Shown: positions 50,067-63,134 of the stretch, piece after piece
How positions within the stretch are numbered: the first letter of the stretch is position 1
How the letters are laid out: each line of letters starts with the position of its first letter
Source of the DNA: Mustelus asterias
Lineage: Eukaryota
NCBI RefSeq assembly: GCF_964213995.1
Contig: NC_135830.1
Span: forward strand, 11,780,001 to 11,844,000
DNA length: 64,000 nt
Direction of reading: 5' to 3'
The notes under the pieces: model-generated
The model's input: the letters and a program-made list of their open reading frames with translations, nothing else
Told to the model about the DNA's origin: nothing
Databases searched by the model: none
Program-made: the position numbers and the translations under genes

Positions 50067-50895
50067 AGAACATAGAACAGTACAGCACAAAACAGGCCCT
50101 TCGGCCCACGATGTTGTGCCGAGCTTTATCTGAAACCAAGATCAAGCCATCCCACTCCCTATCATCCTGGTGTGCTCCCTGTGCCTATCCAATAACCGCT
50201 TAAATGTTCCTAAGGTGTCTGACTCCACTATCACTGCAGGCAATCCATTCCACACCCCAACCACTCTCTGCGTAAAGAACCTACCTCTGATATCCTTCCT
50301 ATATCTCCCACCACGAACCCTATAGTTATGCCCCCTTGTAATAGCTCCGTCCACCCGAGGAAATAGTCTTTGAACGTTCACTCTATCTATCCCCTTCATC
50401 ATTTTATAAACCTCTATTAAGTCTCCCCTCAGCCTCCTCCGCTCCAGAGAGAACAGCCCTAGCTCCCTCAACCTTTCCTCATAAGACCTACCCTCCAAAC
50501 CAGGCAGCATCCTGGTAAATCTCCTCTGCACTCTTTCCAGCGCTTTCACATCCTTCTTATAGTGAGGTGACCAGAACTGTACACAATATTCCAAATGTGG
50601 TCTCACCAAGGTCCTGTACAGTTGCAGCATAACCCCACGGCTCTTAAACTCCAACCCCCTGTTAATAAAAGCTAACACACTATAGGCCTTCTTCACAGAT
50701 CTATCCACTTGAGTGGCAACCTTTAGAGATCTGTGGATATGGACCCCAAGATCTCTCTGTTCCTCCACAGTCTTCAGAACCCTACCTTTGACCCTGTAAT
50801 CGACATTTAAATTAGTCCTACCAAAATGAATCACCTCACATTTATCAGGGTTAAACTCCATTTGCCATTTTTCAGCCCAGCTTTGCAACCTATCT
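50067..50895 (-). mobile_element. Young CR1, 5'-truncated, with an uninterrupted 248-aa RT C-terminal frame
   Basis: ORF 50142..50888; CATAGAA tail. Confidence 0.95.
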
Positions 50896-51269
50896 TTGGA
50901 TCATCTGAAATGTACGTCATTTCCTCTAGTTCACTTACAGTATCACTTGTGTCTGTCTTTCTGTGCACACACTACTATTACAGATGCTTCAGATGTTGAT
51001 TAACTATGTTAGTCTCCACCTATAACCACATTAGATTCTGCTGTGGTTATAGGTGGAGAGGTGCTAATACGTGCACGTTGTCAAAAAATAAACGCTTCCT
51101 TCCTGTCGGAGGGTCAAAAAGAAACCAGTATTTCTGATTTTGCAGAAAGCACTTGAGGCCGAGCACAGAGCAAAGATAAAATGGCTGCAACATTGAGATT
51201 CAGGTAATGTTTCGCAACGAACTGAAATCATAAAGATTTTCCTCACCCTACATGAGAAAGTTTAATGAA

Positions 51270-51342
51270 TGTTTCTACCCGTTTATGAACCGCAAACCTT
51301 TCGCGTGTAAGGCGAACCTAACAACCACTAAACTATAGAAAC
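51270..51342 (-). pseudogene. tRNA-Val(TAC) relic in array unit
   Basis: GTTTCTATAGTTTAGTGGTTGTTAGGTTCGCCTTACACGCGAAAGG...GGTTCATAAACGGGTAGAAACA. Confidence 0.7.
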
Positions 51343-51589
51343 AAGTGGCAGCGCTGCATTCCCAATTCGCCTGACTACAATGTTCAACTCCACTGTGTTG
51401 CTGCAGGTTCCAATGATTAGATTGAAAGCCCATGTCACGAAAGACAAGAACATATCCGTGAATTTCAAGTGATAGCATTGGAGCCCCAATGGGCCTGACG
51501 ACAATGTTTAACTCCATTGTGTTCCTGCAGGTTCCAATGGTTAGGTTGAGAGCCCACGTCACTTTGTACAAGAGCACGTCCGTCACTTT

Positions 51590-51905
51590 CAACCTCCATT
51601 CCCCCTTCCAAAGTGCATAACCTCGCACTTGGCCCCATTGTATTTCATCTGCCACTCCATTGCCCACTCTCCTCACCTGTCAAAGTTCTTCTGCAGCCCC
51701 CCTGCTTCCTCAATACTACCTGCCTCTCTTCATACCTTTGGATCATCTGCAAACTTAGCAACAGCTCCGTCTTCCAAATCGTTAATATATATTGTGAAAA
51801 TTTATGGTCCCAGCACTGACCCTGAGGCACGCCACTAGTCACCGGCTGCCATCTTGAAAACGACCCCATTATCCCCACTCTGTGCCTTCTGCCAGTCAAC
51901 CAATT
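51590..51905 (-). mobile_element. CR1 internal RT fragment
   Basis: [11 protein letters not shown] and AKFADD relics. Confidence 0.8.
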
Positions 51906-52539
51906 TTGCTTTAAAACGTGTTCAGAGCGCCACCAACTTGCTTGGATACAACCTTCAACTCCACTATGTTGCTGCAGGTTCTCATGTTCAGATTGAGACC
52001 CCATATCACTTAATACAAGAACACATCCGTTACTATCAACCCGATATCTCAACTTATCTTGCGCTTCAAAATTAAAAGACAATCGTCCGACAAATGCTTA
52101 AGCGAGCAATGACTTCTGCTCAATCATTAATGCATCATTCTCATCTTCCGTCGAATAATTTCAACTAGTTATATCCAGCATTTGTCGTTATTCAACATTT
52201 AATGTCAATAAGGATATTTAACACATATCCTCATTATGAATTGAATATCTCTGAAATATACAACATTGTATTGCAAACATGACTGAGCAACAAAAGAAAT
52301 AGTGTCACTTGGGAATGCACATGCTTACTTGAAATTGAACACAATCATATTTTAAACAATTCAAATATTCTTCAAGGAGAGTGATTTAAGAATGATCTGT
52401 TAGTTATACGTGATCCCGCTTTATTCTGTGTGGGAAACCTTCTGCCGCCCAAATCTCGTTCATGTACAGGAAGTCCAGCAGGTCTGCACTGATTCCCAAT
52501 TTCCTCATCTGTTTGAGTAGTTGTTCCTATTTATTTATG

Positions 52540-54905
52540 GAGTCATAGAGTCATAGAGGTTTATACCAAGGAAACAAGCCCTTCGGGCCAACTTGTCCAT
52601 GCCGCCCATTTTTTGCAACACTTAAGCCAGTCCGAATTGCTCGCGTTTGGCCCATATCTCGCTATACCCATCTTACCAATGTAAATGTCGAAATGCTTTT
52701 AAAAGAAAATATTGTACCCGCCTCTACTACTACCACTGGCAGCTTGTTCCAGACACTCACCACTCTTTGTGTGAAAAAATGCCCCTCTGGGCCCTTCTGT
52801 ATCTCCCCCCTCTCAGCTTAAACCTATGCCCTCTAGTTTTAGAATACTCAAACTTTTGGAAAAGATATTGACTAGCTAGCTGATCTATGCCCCTCATGAT
52901 CTTTTATACCTCACTAAGATCACCCCTGAGACTCCTACGCCCCAGAGAAAAAGTCCCAGTTTATCCGGTTTCTCCTTATAACTCAAACCATCAAGTCCCA
53001 CTAGCATCCTGGTGAAGCTTTTCTGCACTCTTTCTAGTTTAATAATGTCACTTCCCAAGTAGGGTGACGGCAACTGAACGCAATATTCCAAGTGTGGCCT
53101 TACCAATGTCTTGTACAACTTCAACAAGACGTCCCAACCTCTACATTCAATGTTCTGACCAATGAAACCAAGCTTGCCCAATGCCTCCTTCACCACTCTG
53201 TCCACCTATGACTCCACTTTCAAGGAGCTATGAACCTGTACCCCGAGATCTCATTGTTCTATAACTCTCCCCAACGCCCTACCATGAACTGAGTAATTCT
53301 TGCCTGGTTCGATCGACCAAAATGCATCACCTCGCATTTATCTAAATTAAACTCCATCTGCCATTCGTCAGCCTTCTGGCCGAATTGATCAAGATCCCGT
53401 GCAATTCTTGATAACCTTCTTCACTGTCCAGTATGCCACCAATCATGGTGTCATCTTCAAACTTACTAACCATGCATCCTATATTCTCATCCAAATCATC
53501 AATATAAATGACAAATAACAGTGGACCCCACACCGATTCCTGAGACACACCGCTGGTCACAGGCCTCCAGTTTGGAAAACAATCCTCTACAACCACCCTC
53601 TGTCTTTTGCCATCGAGCCAATTTTGTATCTCACCCTGGCTCCCGTGTGATTTAACCTTATGCAACAACTTATCATGTGGTACCTTGCCAAAGGCCTTCC
53701 TAAAGCCCATGTAGACAACATCAACAGCATTGCCCTCATTTATATTCTTTGTTACCCGTTCAAAACACTGAATTAAATTTATGTGACATTATTTTCTACT
53801 CACAAAGCCATCTTGACTGCCCCTAATCAGTCCTTGTGTCTCTAAATGCCTGTAGATCCTGTCTCTCAAAATAACTTCGAACACGTTACCTACAACAGAT
53901 GTGACGCTCAGCGCCCTGTAGTTCCCAGGCTTTTCCCTGCAGCCCTTCTTAAACAAAGGCACAACATTTCCCACCCTCCAAGCTTCAGGCACGTCATCTG
54001 TGACTATCGATGATTCAAATATCTCTGCTAGGGGGCTCGCAATTTCCTCCTCAGCCTGCCATAATGTCCTGGGATGCACTTCATCAGATCCGGGGATTTA
54101 TCTACCTTGATGCGGTTTAAGACTTCCAGCACCTTCTGCTCTGTTATATGTACACTCCTCAAAAAATCACGATTTATTTCCTCAAATTCCTTAACGTCCA
54201 TGCTTTTTTCAACTGTGAATACTGTTGAGAAATATTCATTTCGGACCTCAATCATCTCTTGTGGATCCGCACATCGATGACCTTGTTGAGCTTTAAGAGG
54301 TCCTACTCTCTCCCGAGTTACTCTTTTGCCCTTTATGCATTTGCAAAACAATCCCTTTTTTGCTCTCCTGATTTCTCTCTGAATTCTACTCCTATACCCA
54401 CTTCAAGGGATCCACTTGGATCCCAGCTGCCTATGCATCTCATGTGCCTCCTCCTCCTTCTTCTTCTTGACCAGGGCCTCAGTATCCCGCGTCATTCAGG
54501 GTTCCCTACTTCTACCATCCTGCCATTCGCTCTGAGAGGAATGTGCTTACCCTGAAATTTTGAAAGCCTCCACTTACCAGACGTCCATTTGCCTTCCTAA
54601 AGACTCCACCAATTAAATGTTGAAAGTTGCTGCCTGATACCATCAAAATTGGCCTTGCCCCAATTTAAACTTTTAACTTTTAGGCCAGACTAATCATTCT
54701 CCATAACTATGTTAAAACTAATGGATTTATTGTCACTGGTCCCAAAGTGATCCCTCACGAACACTTCTGTCACCTGCCCTCCCTTAATTCCCAAGACGAG
54801 TTCAAGTTTTAACCCCCTCTCTAGCCGGGCCATCCACACCCTGAATGAGAATTTCCCCCTGAATTCACTCAACAAATTTATCTCCATCCAAGCCTCTAAT
54901 ACTAT
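52540..54905 (-). mobile_element. CR1 LINE ORF2, degenerate (~2.4 kb)
   Basis: VVPLFKKG..PGNYR, KAFGKVPH, KFEDDT, LVRPHLEYC; GAGTCATA tail. Confidence 0.92.
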
Positions 54906-55252
54906 CATTAAGAACAATTTTTAAAAGATCTTCTGGGAAATGTGCGCCATTTCCTCTAGTTCAGTTCCCGTATCAATTGTGTCTGGCTTGATGAGCACGG
55001 AATACTCTTAGACATGTCTCAGATGGTGATTAAATATGTTCGTCTGCATCTATAAAGCCATTACATTCTGTTGTGGACTGAACGAATTGCGAACATGTTA
55101 ACAAACGATAAAATCATTTCTTTCCTGCCATTACGTCGTAAAATGCAGCTTTTCTGATTTTCCTAAAACCATTTAAGTTGGTGTAACAACGAGATTCACA
55201 ATGAACTTAAATCATACAGACTTCGCACACCGTTAATGAGAAAGGTCAACTA

Positions 55253-55325
55253 TGCTTTTGTCCGTTGTCAGTCCGGGGAACATTCGCATGTGAGGCAACC
55301 GTGATAACCACTACACGACAGAAAC
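55253..55325 (-). pseudogene. tRNA-Val(CAC) relic in array unit
   Basis: GTTTCTGTCGTGTAGTGGTTATCACGGTTGCCTCACATGCGAA. Confidence 0.7.
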
Positions 55326-55526
55326 AAGTGACAGCAGGCATGCAGCAAATTGGCCTGTCTGCAATGTACAACTGCGCTGTGTTGCTGCACGTTCCAATGG
55401 TCAAACTGAGAGACCATGACACTTCAATCAAGAAAACCGTTACTTTCAACCTGATTTCTCAACTTATCTTGAACTTCAAAATTTATAAGCGTTCGTCTGG
55501 CAAATGTCTAAGGGAGCAATGATTTC

Positions 55527-55845
55527 TGAATCACAGAAATCCTACAGTGCAGAAGAAGGCCATTTGGTCCATCGTGTTTGCACCGACGACAATCCCACCC
55601 AGACCCTATTCTCGTAATGCAATACATTAACCCAACTAATCCCCCTGACACTAAGGTCAAGTTAGCATGACCAATCAACCTAACCCGCACATCTTTGGAC
55701 TGTGGGAGGAAACCGGAGCACCCGGAGGAAGCCCACGTAGACAGGGGGAGAATTTGCAAACTCCACATAGACAGTCACCCAAGGCCGGATTTGAACCCGG
55801 GTCGCTGGCGCCGTGAGGCTGCAATGCTGTGCCACCGTGCCGCCC
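55527..55845 (-). mobile_element. HE1-type SINE
   Basis: Reverse complement of the HE1 head, core and tail. Confidence 0.9.
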
Positions 55846-56959
55846 TCAAGGATTAATGCATCATTCTCATCTTCCTCCGAATAATCTCAAACAATTATAC
55901 TCAGTGTTTATTTCGCTATTCAATATTTAATATCAATACATTATTTAGCACATAGGTACTCATTATGGAATTGAATAGCTCTGAAATTGAATATCACTGA
56001 ATTGCAAACATAACTGACGAACAAAAGGAATTGAGTGACCGGGTAATACAGAACCCATGGTGCTTATTTGAGATGGACCCTAGTCAGCTTTTAAACAAAG
56101 TCAACTATTTTTAAATGGAAGAGATTTAAGTATTATCTGTTAGTTATACTTGAGCCTTTTTGCTTTTGGGTGTGAAACATTCAACCACTTAAATTCTGGC
56201 CATCTACAGGAAAGACCAGGAGATCCACATTCAGTCTCGATTTCTTCATCTGTCTGAGTGGTTTTTCCTATTCCTTTATTATGAAGAACAATTTGTTAAG
56301 AATGCTTCTGGGAAATGTGCGCCATTTCCTCTAGTTCAGTAACAGTATCACTTATGTCTGTATTTTTGAGCACACAGCACTTTTTGACATATTTAGATGG
56401 TGATTAACGGTGTTAGTCTGCACCGAAAAACTCATTAAATTATTTTTTAGACTGAACGAAATGCTAACATGTGCGCGTTGTCAAAATAGAAACGTGTCTT
56501 TCCTGTCAGTCCGTCAAAATATTTTACAGAAAGCATTTTAGGCCCAGGTCAAGTAAAGATAATATGAATCCAGATTCGGATAATATTCAGCAACAAACTG
56601 AAATAATACAGACTTCCCTGACCCTACATGAAAAAATCTTAATGTATGCGTCTGCCCGGTTTTGGACCGGGCTCCTTTTCAAGCACGAAACTACAGAAAC
56701 AAATGGCAGTATATCGCCCCCAATCGGCCTCACTACAATCCTCAACTCCACTGTGTGGCTGCAGGCTCTCATGGTTAGGTTGAGAGCCCATGCCGCTTAA
56801 TACAATAACACATTCGTTACTTTCAACCTGATACCTCAACTTATCTTGTACTTCAAAATCGAAAAGCGTTTGTCCGGCAAATGTCTAAGGGAACTAAGTG
56901 AGTTTAAACTCAATTGTTTTAGTTCAGATTTCAGTCGATGTTGAGTGATATCTTGCCTC

Positions 56960-57110
56960 TTTAGAGATTGGTTCATTCTTGACAGAGCCAGCAGGAGACA
57001 CCCAATCAGCTCACAGCTCATTTTTCCTCTATTTCATCCAATCAGCTCAGAGTTTCTTCGTTCTCCAATTCATGACGTCAGAGAGAGGAGCAGGAACTAT
57101 TTGAATCTGT
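56960..57110 (+). promoter_or_regulatory. Orphan promoter-like cluster: four CCAAT boxes, a CRE and TATTTGAAT
   Basis: ATTGG 56967; CCAAT 57002, 57038, 57065; TGACGTCA 57073; TATTTGAAT 57098. Confidence 0.35.
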
Positions 57111-57229
57111 TCTCAGAACAATGAGCTGGACAGAAGAACATCAGAGAATAGGGAATAGGAGCTGGGGTGGACCATTTTCTCTTTCAGACGGGCCTGTTCC
57201 GCCATTCAGTAAAATGAATGTTGATCTCC

Positions 57230-58325
57230 CTCGCAGTAAGAAGTCTCACCACACCATGTTGAAGCCCGACAGCTTTATTTGCTAGCACGAACTTTCAGAG
57301 CGCTGATTCTTCATCAGGTGAGTCGAGAGTTGGGTTCACAAACAGGGCATAGAAAGACACAGACTCAATTGTAATATAATCTTTGGAATGCGAGTCTGAA
57401 CAGGTAATCAAGTCTTTACAGACACAGACAATGCGAGTGGAGAGAAAGATGTTATGATAAAGAGGCATGAATTGTCTCAAGCCAGGACAGTTCGTAGGAT
57501 TTTGCAAGCCCAGGCCAAATACTGGGGGTTACACGTAGCTTGACATGAACCCAAGATCCCGGTTGAGGCCATCCTCATGTGTGCGGAAATTAGCTATCAT
57601 TTTCTGCTCGGAGATTCTGCGTTGTCGTGTGTCTTGAAGGCCGCCTTGGAGAGCGCTTACCCGAAGATCGGAGGCTGAATGCCCTTGAATGCTGACGTGT
57701 TCCGCGACAGGAAGGGAACATTCCTGTTTGGTGATTGTCGAGCGGTGTCTGTTCATCCGTTGTCCTAGTGTTGGCATGGTCTCGCTGATGTTCCATGCCT
57801 CGAGTCATCCTTTCCGGCAGCGTATGTGGTGTTTTTTTAACCTAGTGTTTTAACCTGGTGTTGTTAAAACTCTTACTGCGTATGTGGTAGACAGCGTTGT
57901 CCGATTCACATGAGTATGTACCGTCTAGCTGGTGGATAATGTTCTCAGGTGAGATGATGGCATCCGTGTCGTTGATCCAACACGTCTTGCAGTGGTAGCC
58001 GTGGCAGGGTTGTGTGGTGTCGTGGTCGCTGTTCTCCTGAAGGCTGGGTAGTTGCTGCGAGAATTGGGGTGTTTGAGGTTGTTCTGTTGTTTGAAGGCAT
58101 GTTATGGCGGTGTGTGGATGGCCTTGGCGAGGTGTTAGTCTTCATCGATGACATGTTGAAGGTTCCAAAGAAGATGTCGTAGTTTCTCCACTCTGGGAAA
58201 ATATTGGATGACGAAGGGTACTCTGTTGGCCGTGCCCCATGTTTGCCTTCTGAGGTTTTCACTGTGGCGCATCGGAACTGTCGATCAATGGATGAGTCGA
58301 GCATCCTATCCTGTTATGACGAGGA
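57230..58325 (-). mobile_element. Penelope-like element 3' part (GIY-YIG endonuclease relic and pseudo-LTR)
   Basis: TLGQRMNRHRS...PVAEH...H...RRISEQKMI..FRT...GLN, typical PLE GIY-YIG C-terminus; 3' repeat with CTGATGA...GAAA. Confidence 0.85.
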
Positions 58326-58413
58326 CATCAGTCAAAAACGACACCGCATGCACTCCTGTATTCAACCTGAGCTGTTGGACTTCAGCTGCAAGGACAAAAA
58401 CTGAAATTAATTT

Positions 58414-58497
58414 TGGCAGTGGTGGGATTGGAACCCATGGCTTCCGAAAAACGGGAGCCTAAATCCAGTGTCTTAAAGCGCCCGGCCACGCAATCCC
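58414..58497 (-). pseudogene. tRNA-Leu(TAG) relic
   Basis: TGGCAGTGGTGGGATTGGAACCCA...GAGCCTAAATCCAGTGTCTTA...CGGCCACGC. Confidence 0.7.
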
Positions 58498-59522
58498 ACA
58501 GAAAGACATTGTAATCATCTCGTTTTCTTGTATTGATACTGAAATATCTTAGAATCCGTGGAGTTGGGATGGGACATGAGGAAATCTTTACCGAATCAGA
58601 TGATCATGAACTGTTCAATAAACAAAAAACATCTCCAGTCAGAAACACAATGAGCTGCAGTGAAGGACCGGCACCATTTAAACTGTCCTGAACTCGTCTG
58701 CATCCCAGAAAGGACAACATGGCTTCCTGTTGAATTTGCTCAGGGTCTTCACGTCAGAAAGGACAGGACACAAGGCGAGACTGAGATGTCTGTTTTCTAC
58801 CGGGAAATAACTGATACTTGTTTTCACAGATTGGGGGAGAGCAATAAATCTCCTTTTCCTGACCTGCAATCAAAACAGCAGTGAAAGTGTCAAGCTCTAA
58901 CCACCCGACCAGCAGATTACAGCGTGTTTTACGATTTGCTTTGTCCACGATCCTTTTGTTGTTTAATTTTCACGCCAGACCTCACTCACCACAAATTTCT
59001 GCAGAATGGCCACTTCTGGTTCAACACCAGTGATGTGTTCAGCCAATGACGGCAAACATTCCATTACAGTTATCTCGTTCGCCTCCCACGGCCGGAAACA
59101 AGGCAGAAATATTTCCAAATCCTTTTCATTGCAAAGTGCGGGAAAGGTTCTATTCTTCGTATTTTTGCTAAATATTAAGTCGTCTGATGAGCTTTCCTTG
59201 CACTTTCTGATTGTAAAGCCAGGAGTCACTCCTTAAAAAAGAACAGAAGTAAGGTTCGTGATAGAGAACAAGACAGGATGGATAAGCTGACACAAGGAAT
59301 GATGGATCAGGCAACATTGAGCTGGTGAAGGTGGAGACCGGGTGGTCAGCTGGTTCATAGTCATTGTTCTCACGACCACGGGTTCGAGGGCAGGTGATAA
59401 ATGTGGAACAAAACAGAGTATTTTTTTCTGTAATGAGAAACCTGTCTAATAAGTGACGGACCAGAAGGAAGGCAATGCATAAACTAACGGTCGTCAACTG
59501 ATTGGAAAAGTCACTGTCAGCT

Positions 59523-59594
59523 TCCCTGCTCGTCTCGTGGTTTGGATTCGACACTTTCATCACTGTGGCCTGGATTCAATCCCCAGCCAGAGAG
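59523..59594 (+). pseudogene. tRNA-Glu(TTC) relic
   Basis: TCCCTGCTCGTCTCGTGGTTTGGATTCGACACTTTCATCACTGTGGCCTGGATTCAATCCCCAG. Confidence 0.6.
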
Positions 59595-59879
59595 TAACTC
59601 GTTTGTATTGCTGTGTGAACTGGCACCATGGAAACTAATTCCTCATTGAATGAAACAAGATCTAGCAGAGTCTGTGGGGAGAGAAACAGAGCTAATCTTC
59701 CAGCTGGATGATCTTTCATCAGAGCAGGAAAAGTCAGAAATGTAACAGATGGAAAACAGTTGCTTGGCTATGATTGAAAATATTGTGATAGACTTGAGGG
59801 GCTATATGTTATTTCCAAAATCCCCACTATATTCTAACCCGGTGCTAATACAACTCGGGGTAATCGTGAGCATGTGGTT

Positions 59880-59967
59880 TGCAATGGCAGTTAGGCCTAA
59901 TGTTCTTAGACGCAGGATTTAGACTCCAGTATGTGAGAAGGTGTGGGTTTAAATCCCACCACTGCCA
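59880..59967 (+). pseudogene. tRNA-Leu relic
   Basis: GGATTTAGACTCCAG...GGTGTGGGTTTAAATCCCACCACTGCCA. Confidence 0.6.
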
Positions 59968-61169
59968 AAAAAGGCAGCTCCTTTATCTATTCAGTGAGTG
60001 GCATTTTGTTTGGAAGAAAAACGAGAGGGATGAATGTTGCAGGGTGACCTCCAAGGGCCAAATGTTCCTTTTTGTTGTTGTAACTATTCAATAGTTTTAT
60101 ATGAGTGACACTAACACATTAACATCGGCCAAGCGGCGAAGGCAGAGGATTTGAAATTGTTTTCTCACGAAGTTTTGAACCTCAGCCATGCGCTGCTCAG
60201 CATTCAATCCTTTAGGTGGCTGCAGAATTAATTATTCATTCAATGGGATCAAAACCTTCCATATATTCCCGTCTGCTTTTCCTGCTTCACGTCCGCGTTC
60301 CTTCATTTCTGTTTATCAGCTAGAATTCACCAAACCTCCAGCCAGAAATGGAACAAAACTGAACTCAATTGGTGACATGCTTGATTCATGGATGTTTGCG
60401 TCTCCTCAGGCCTCTATCACTCTCGGTGTCTTTGTGCGTTCCTCTGTGTGCATCAATGTGATTCGGTTCCCCGAGAGGGTAAACACATTTTTAGCATCAC
60501 CAACTGCATTCATTTATTCATATACTCAATGGCAATTGGTACAGAGAATAACAACATGTTTGAAAGTTGCGAGAAAAATTGACTGATTCGGCTTTTTTTT
60601 TCAGTGGATATCGCTTATTGACTCAGTGTCCGTATGTTACACAGCAGAAGATGATTGAAATTTTCACTGATCAACATTTAAACAGGCAGTGGATTCACTC
60701 GGTGTGATGGTGGGTTCCAGTTCTATGCCTGCAATCATAGCATCCATTTCTATCAATTACTGTAAGCCCGATATTTCTAATCAGTTGGAATATATCTCGT
60801 TTTATTTGAAACGAATATTCATAGATCGAATTGTATGACAACTTACTGAATAACTGTAAGACTGGCAAAGTTTAGACAATATTTCCCTGTTGCTGAAGGA
60901 CACAAAGCATCTCTATTTCGGGAATATAAGTAGAAACAGGAATAGAGGGACTCTTTTTGTCTCGGGGTGCTCTCATACCTCCACCCGTTCAGTTGGTAGC
61001 AAACTTTCCTGAACAATATTTTTACAGATATAATACAGCTGTTTGAATTCAGGGCTTTCAGTGCCTGGATCCATTTCAATTCCTCGTCTCGATGTTGTGC
61101 TAATTGTTATAATTGCTCCACATTTGTTGCAAGTCCTGCTGAGAAAGTCCAGGACATTCTGTTTTTAAT

Positions 61170-61870
61170 CTAACATGAATCATAGGAGGAGGAGCAGACC
61201 ACTCTGTCCATCGAGATTTTTCCACTATTCAATACCATCATGGCTAGCCTTGGGCTACAACTTAGTTTTTCCACGTGCTCCCAGCTCCCTGAATTCCCCA
61301 AGAGACCAGAAACCTGTTTCCCAACCTTAAATGTGCTCGATGATGCGGCATACATAACTGTCAGGTACAGAGAATGCCAAAGATTCTCAGCCCTTTGAGT
61401 GAAGTAATGTTTCCTTATCATAGCCCTAAATGATCAGCTCCTTATCTGTGCCGCACTGGGTTAGATTCCCGACCAGCAGAAAAGAATCTCACAGCTTCCA
61501 TCCTATCAAACCTAGTCAGAGTTGTGTCGGTTTAATGAGATCGCCTCTTTTTGCTCTAAACTCCAGAGAATTTCAGCACGATTTACTCAGCCTCTCATCA
61601 GAGGACAACTCCCTCACCCCAGGGAGCAACCTGGTGAACCTTCTCTTTACTGTTTCCAATGTAAGCATATCATTTTTTAAATGTGACTATCGTATTTGCA
61701 CAGAGTATTCAACATGTGGTCTCAACAAACACCTGTGCAACAGCAGCAACACCTCGTTACTCTTGGACTCCAGTCTGCCAGCAATAAAGACAAAAATGTA
61801 ATTTCTCTTCCAATTATCTGCTGCACCTACATGCTGACTTTATGGATTCCTTGCACAAGGGCATCTATTC
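61170..61870 (-). mobile_element. CR1 3' fragment, degenerate
   Basis: RKHYFTQRAENLWHSL; CATGAATCATAG tail. Confidence 0.75.
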
Positions 61871-62242
61871 TGTTCTCAATATCATCACTTACAAATGCTG
61901 CAAATTCCTTGCAGTACGTGTAACATTATTAGTGGATTAAGGAACAGGATTGGGTTTGAGGTCGGAGATTTTTGATGAATGTGGACATTTCTGAGGTGGA
62001 GAGCAGGAAGTTCAAAGATACAACTTGAAAATGACATGATTTGACATGTGTGCTTTGTGTGTATCTGACATGTATGTTGTACGTGTCGTGTGATTCTTCT
62101 TCAGAGTTTATCGTTAGTGTTACATCACTGAATTTTCCAGTTCCCATGCAAGTTCATCCAGCTGGAAGATTTAGCTGTTGCTCCCTTCACAGACGCTGTG
62201 AGGCGTGTTTTCATTAAATGAAGAATTGAACAATAAGTTATT

Positions 62243-62306
62243 CACTACGTGACTGGGAATTGAAACCGCGTCACGGCGCCGATCCTGATCACTAGACCCT
62301 CAGTGA
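62243..62306 (-). pseudogene. tRNA-Glu-like relic
   Basis: GACTGGGAATTGAAACCGCG...GCGCCGATCCTGATCACTAGACC. Confidence 0.5.
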
Positions 62307-62841
62307 CGCTGATGTGAGAAATTTGCAATGAGTTGATCATCTCTGTACCCATTGCTTCATTTCCAATAACTTTCAATAAAAATAAGTCACAATGAGGAAT
62401 GACGCGAAGTGGACATGACAGGATTTGAACCTTAGTTAGAAAATCCTAATCCATCCCCTGGGCCGGGACTACAGTCTCAATGTTTGCAATCAAGCTATTT
62501 ATAGACAACCGTTCAGCCTGCGTTCCCGTTTGTATTCTCTATCGGAGAAACTCCAATCCTTCCAGTTTTGACAAAGGGTGATCTGAACTCGGAACGTCAA
62601 CTCTCTTTCCTCACTGATGCTGCCAGATCTGCTGAGATTTTCCAGCATTTCCCTTTTTGTTTCCAATTCCAGCATCTGCAGTAATTTGCACACTCCTTCC
62701 ACGCACGCTCCTTTGCTTCAACAACTGTTTACAGTGGTATGTGTCTCCTCTTTCTTCCTGCCATAAACGACACAGCACAAACTCCTGACTTCAATCTGAA
62801 CTGCTGGAATTCAGCTGCAGAGACCAAAACATAAACTCATT

Positions 62842-62914
62842 CTAGTAGCAGCTGGATTCGAACCCACAACTGCACAAAAACAGGAGGGGTTTAACCTGCT
62901 CCGCCACGCTACCA
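62842..62914 (-). pseudogene. tRNA-Leu relic
   Basis: GGATTCGAACCCAC...CTCCGCCACGCTACC; same flanking module as 19162. Confidence 0.6.
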
Positions 62915-63134
62915 TGTAATTATCCTGTTGTCTACTGATAACGTTACTGAAATTCATTAGCAGCGAAGGAGCTGAGAAAGGCCATCTGTTGGCTTGAGCC
63001 TGCTCCTGCACTAAATAAATTCATTCTCAACTGTGTAACAAACAGATATCACATCCAGTCAGAAACAGAATGAGCTGCAGTGAAGGTCCAGCAGCATTTA
63101 AACTGCCCTTAATCTTGTCTGGTTCCCAATATCC

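Larger units (their letters stand above)
49972..56900 (-). repeat. tRNA-Val array, reverse arm (3-4 units, interrupted by CR1 and HE1)
   Basis: Reverse complement of the forward unit; Val relics at 51270-51342, 55253-55325, ~56647-56700. Confidence 0.88.
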
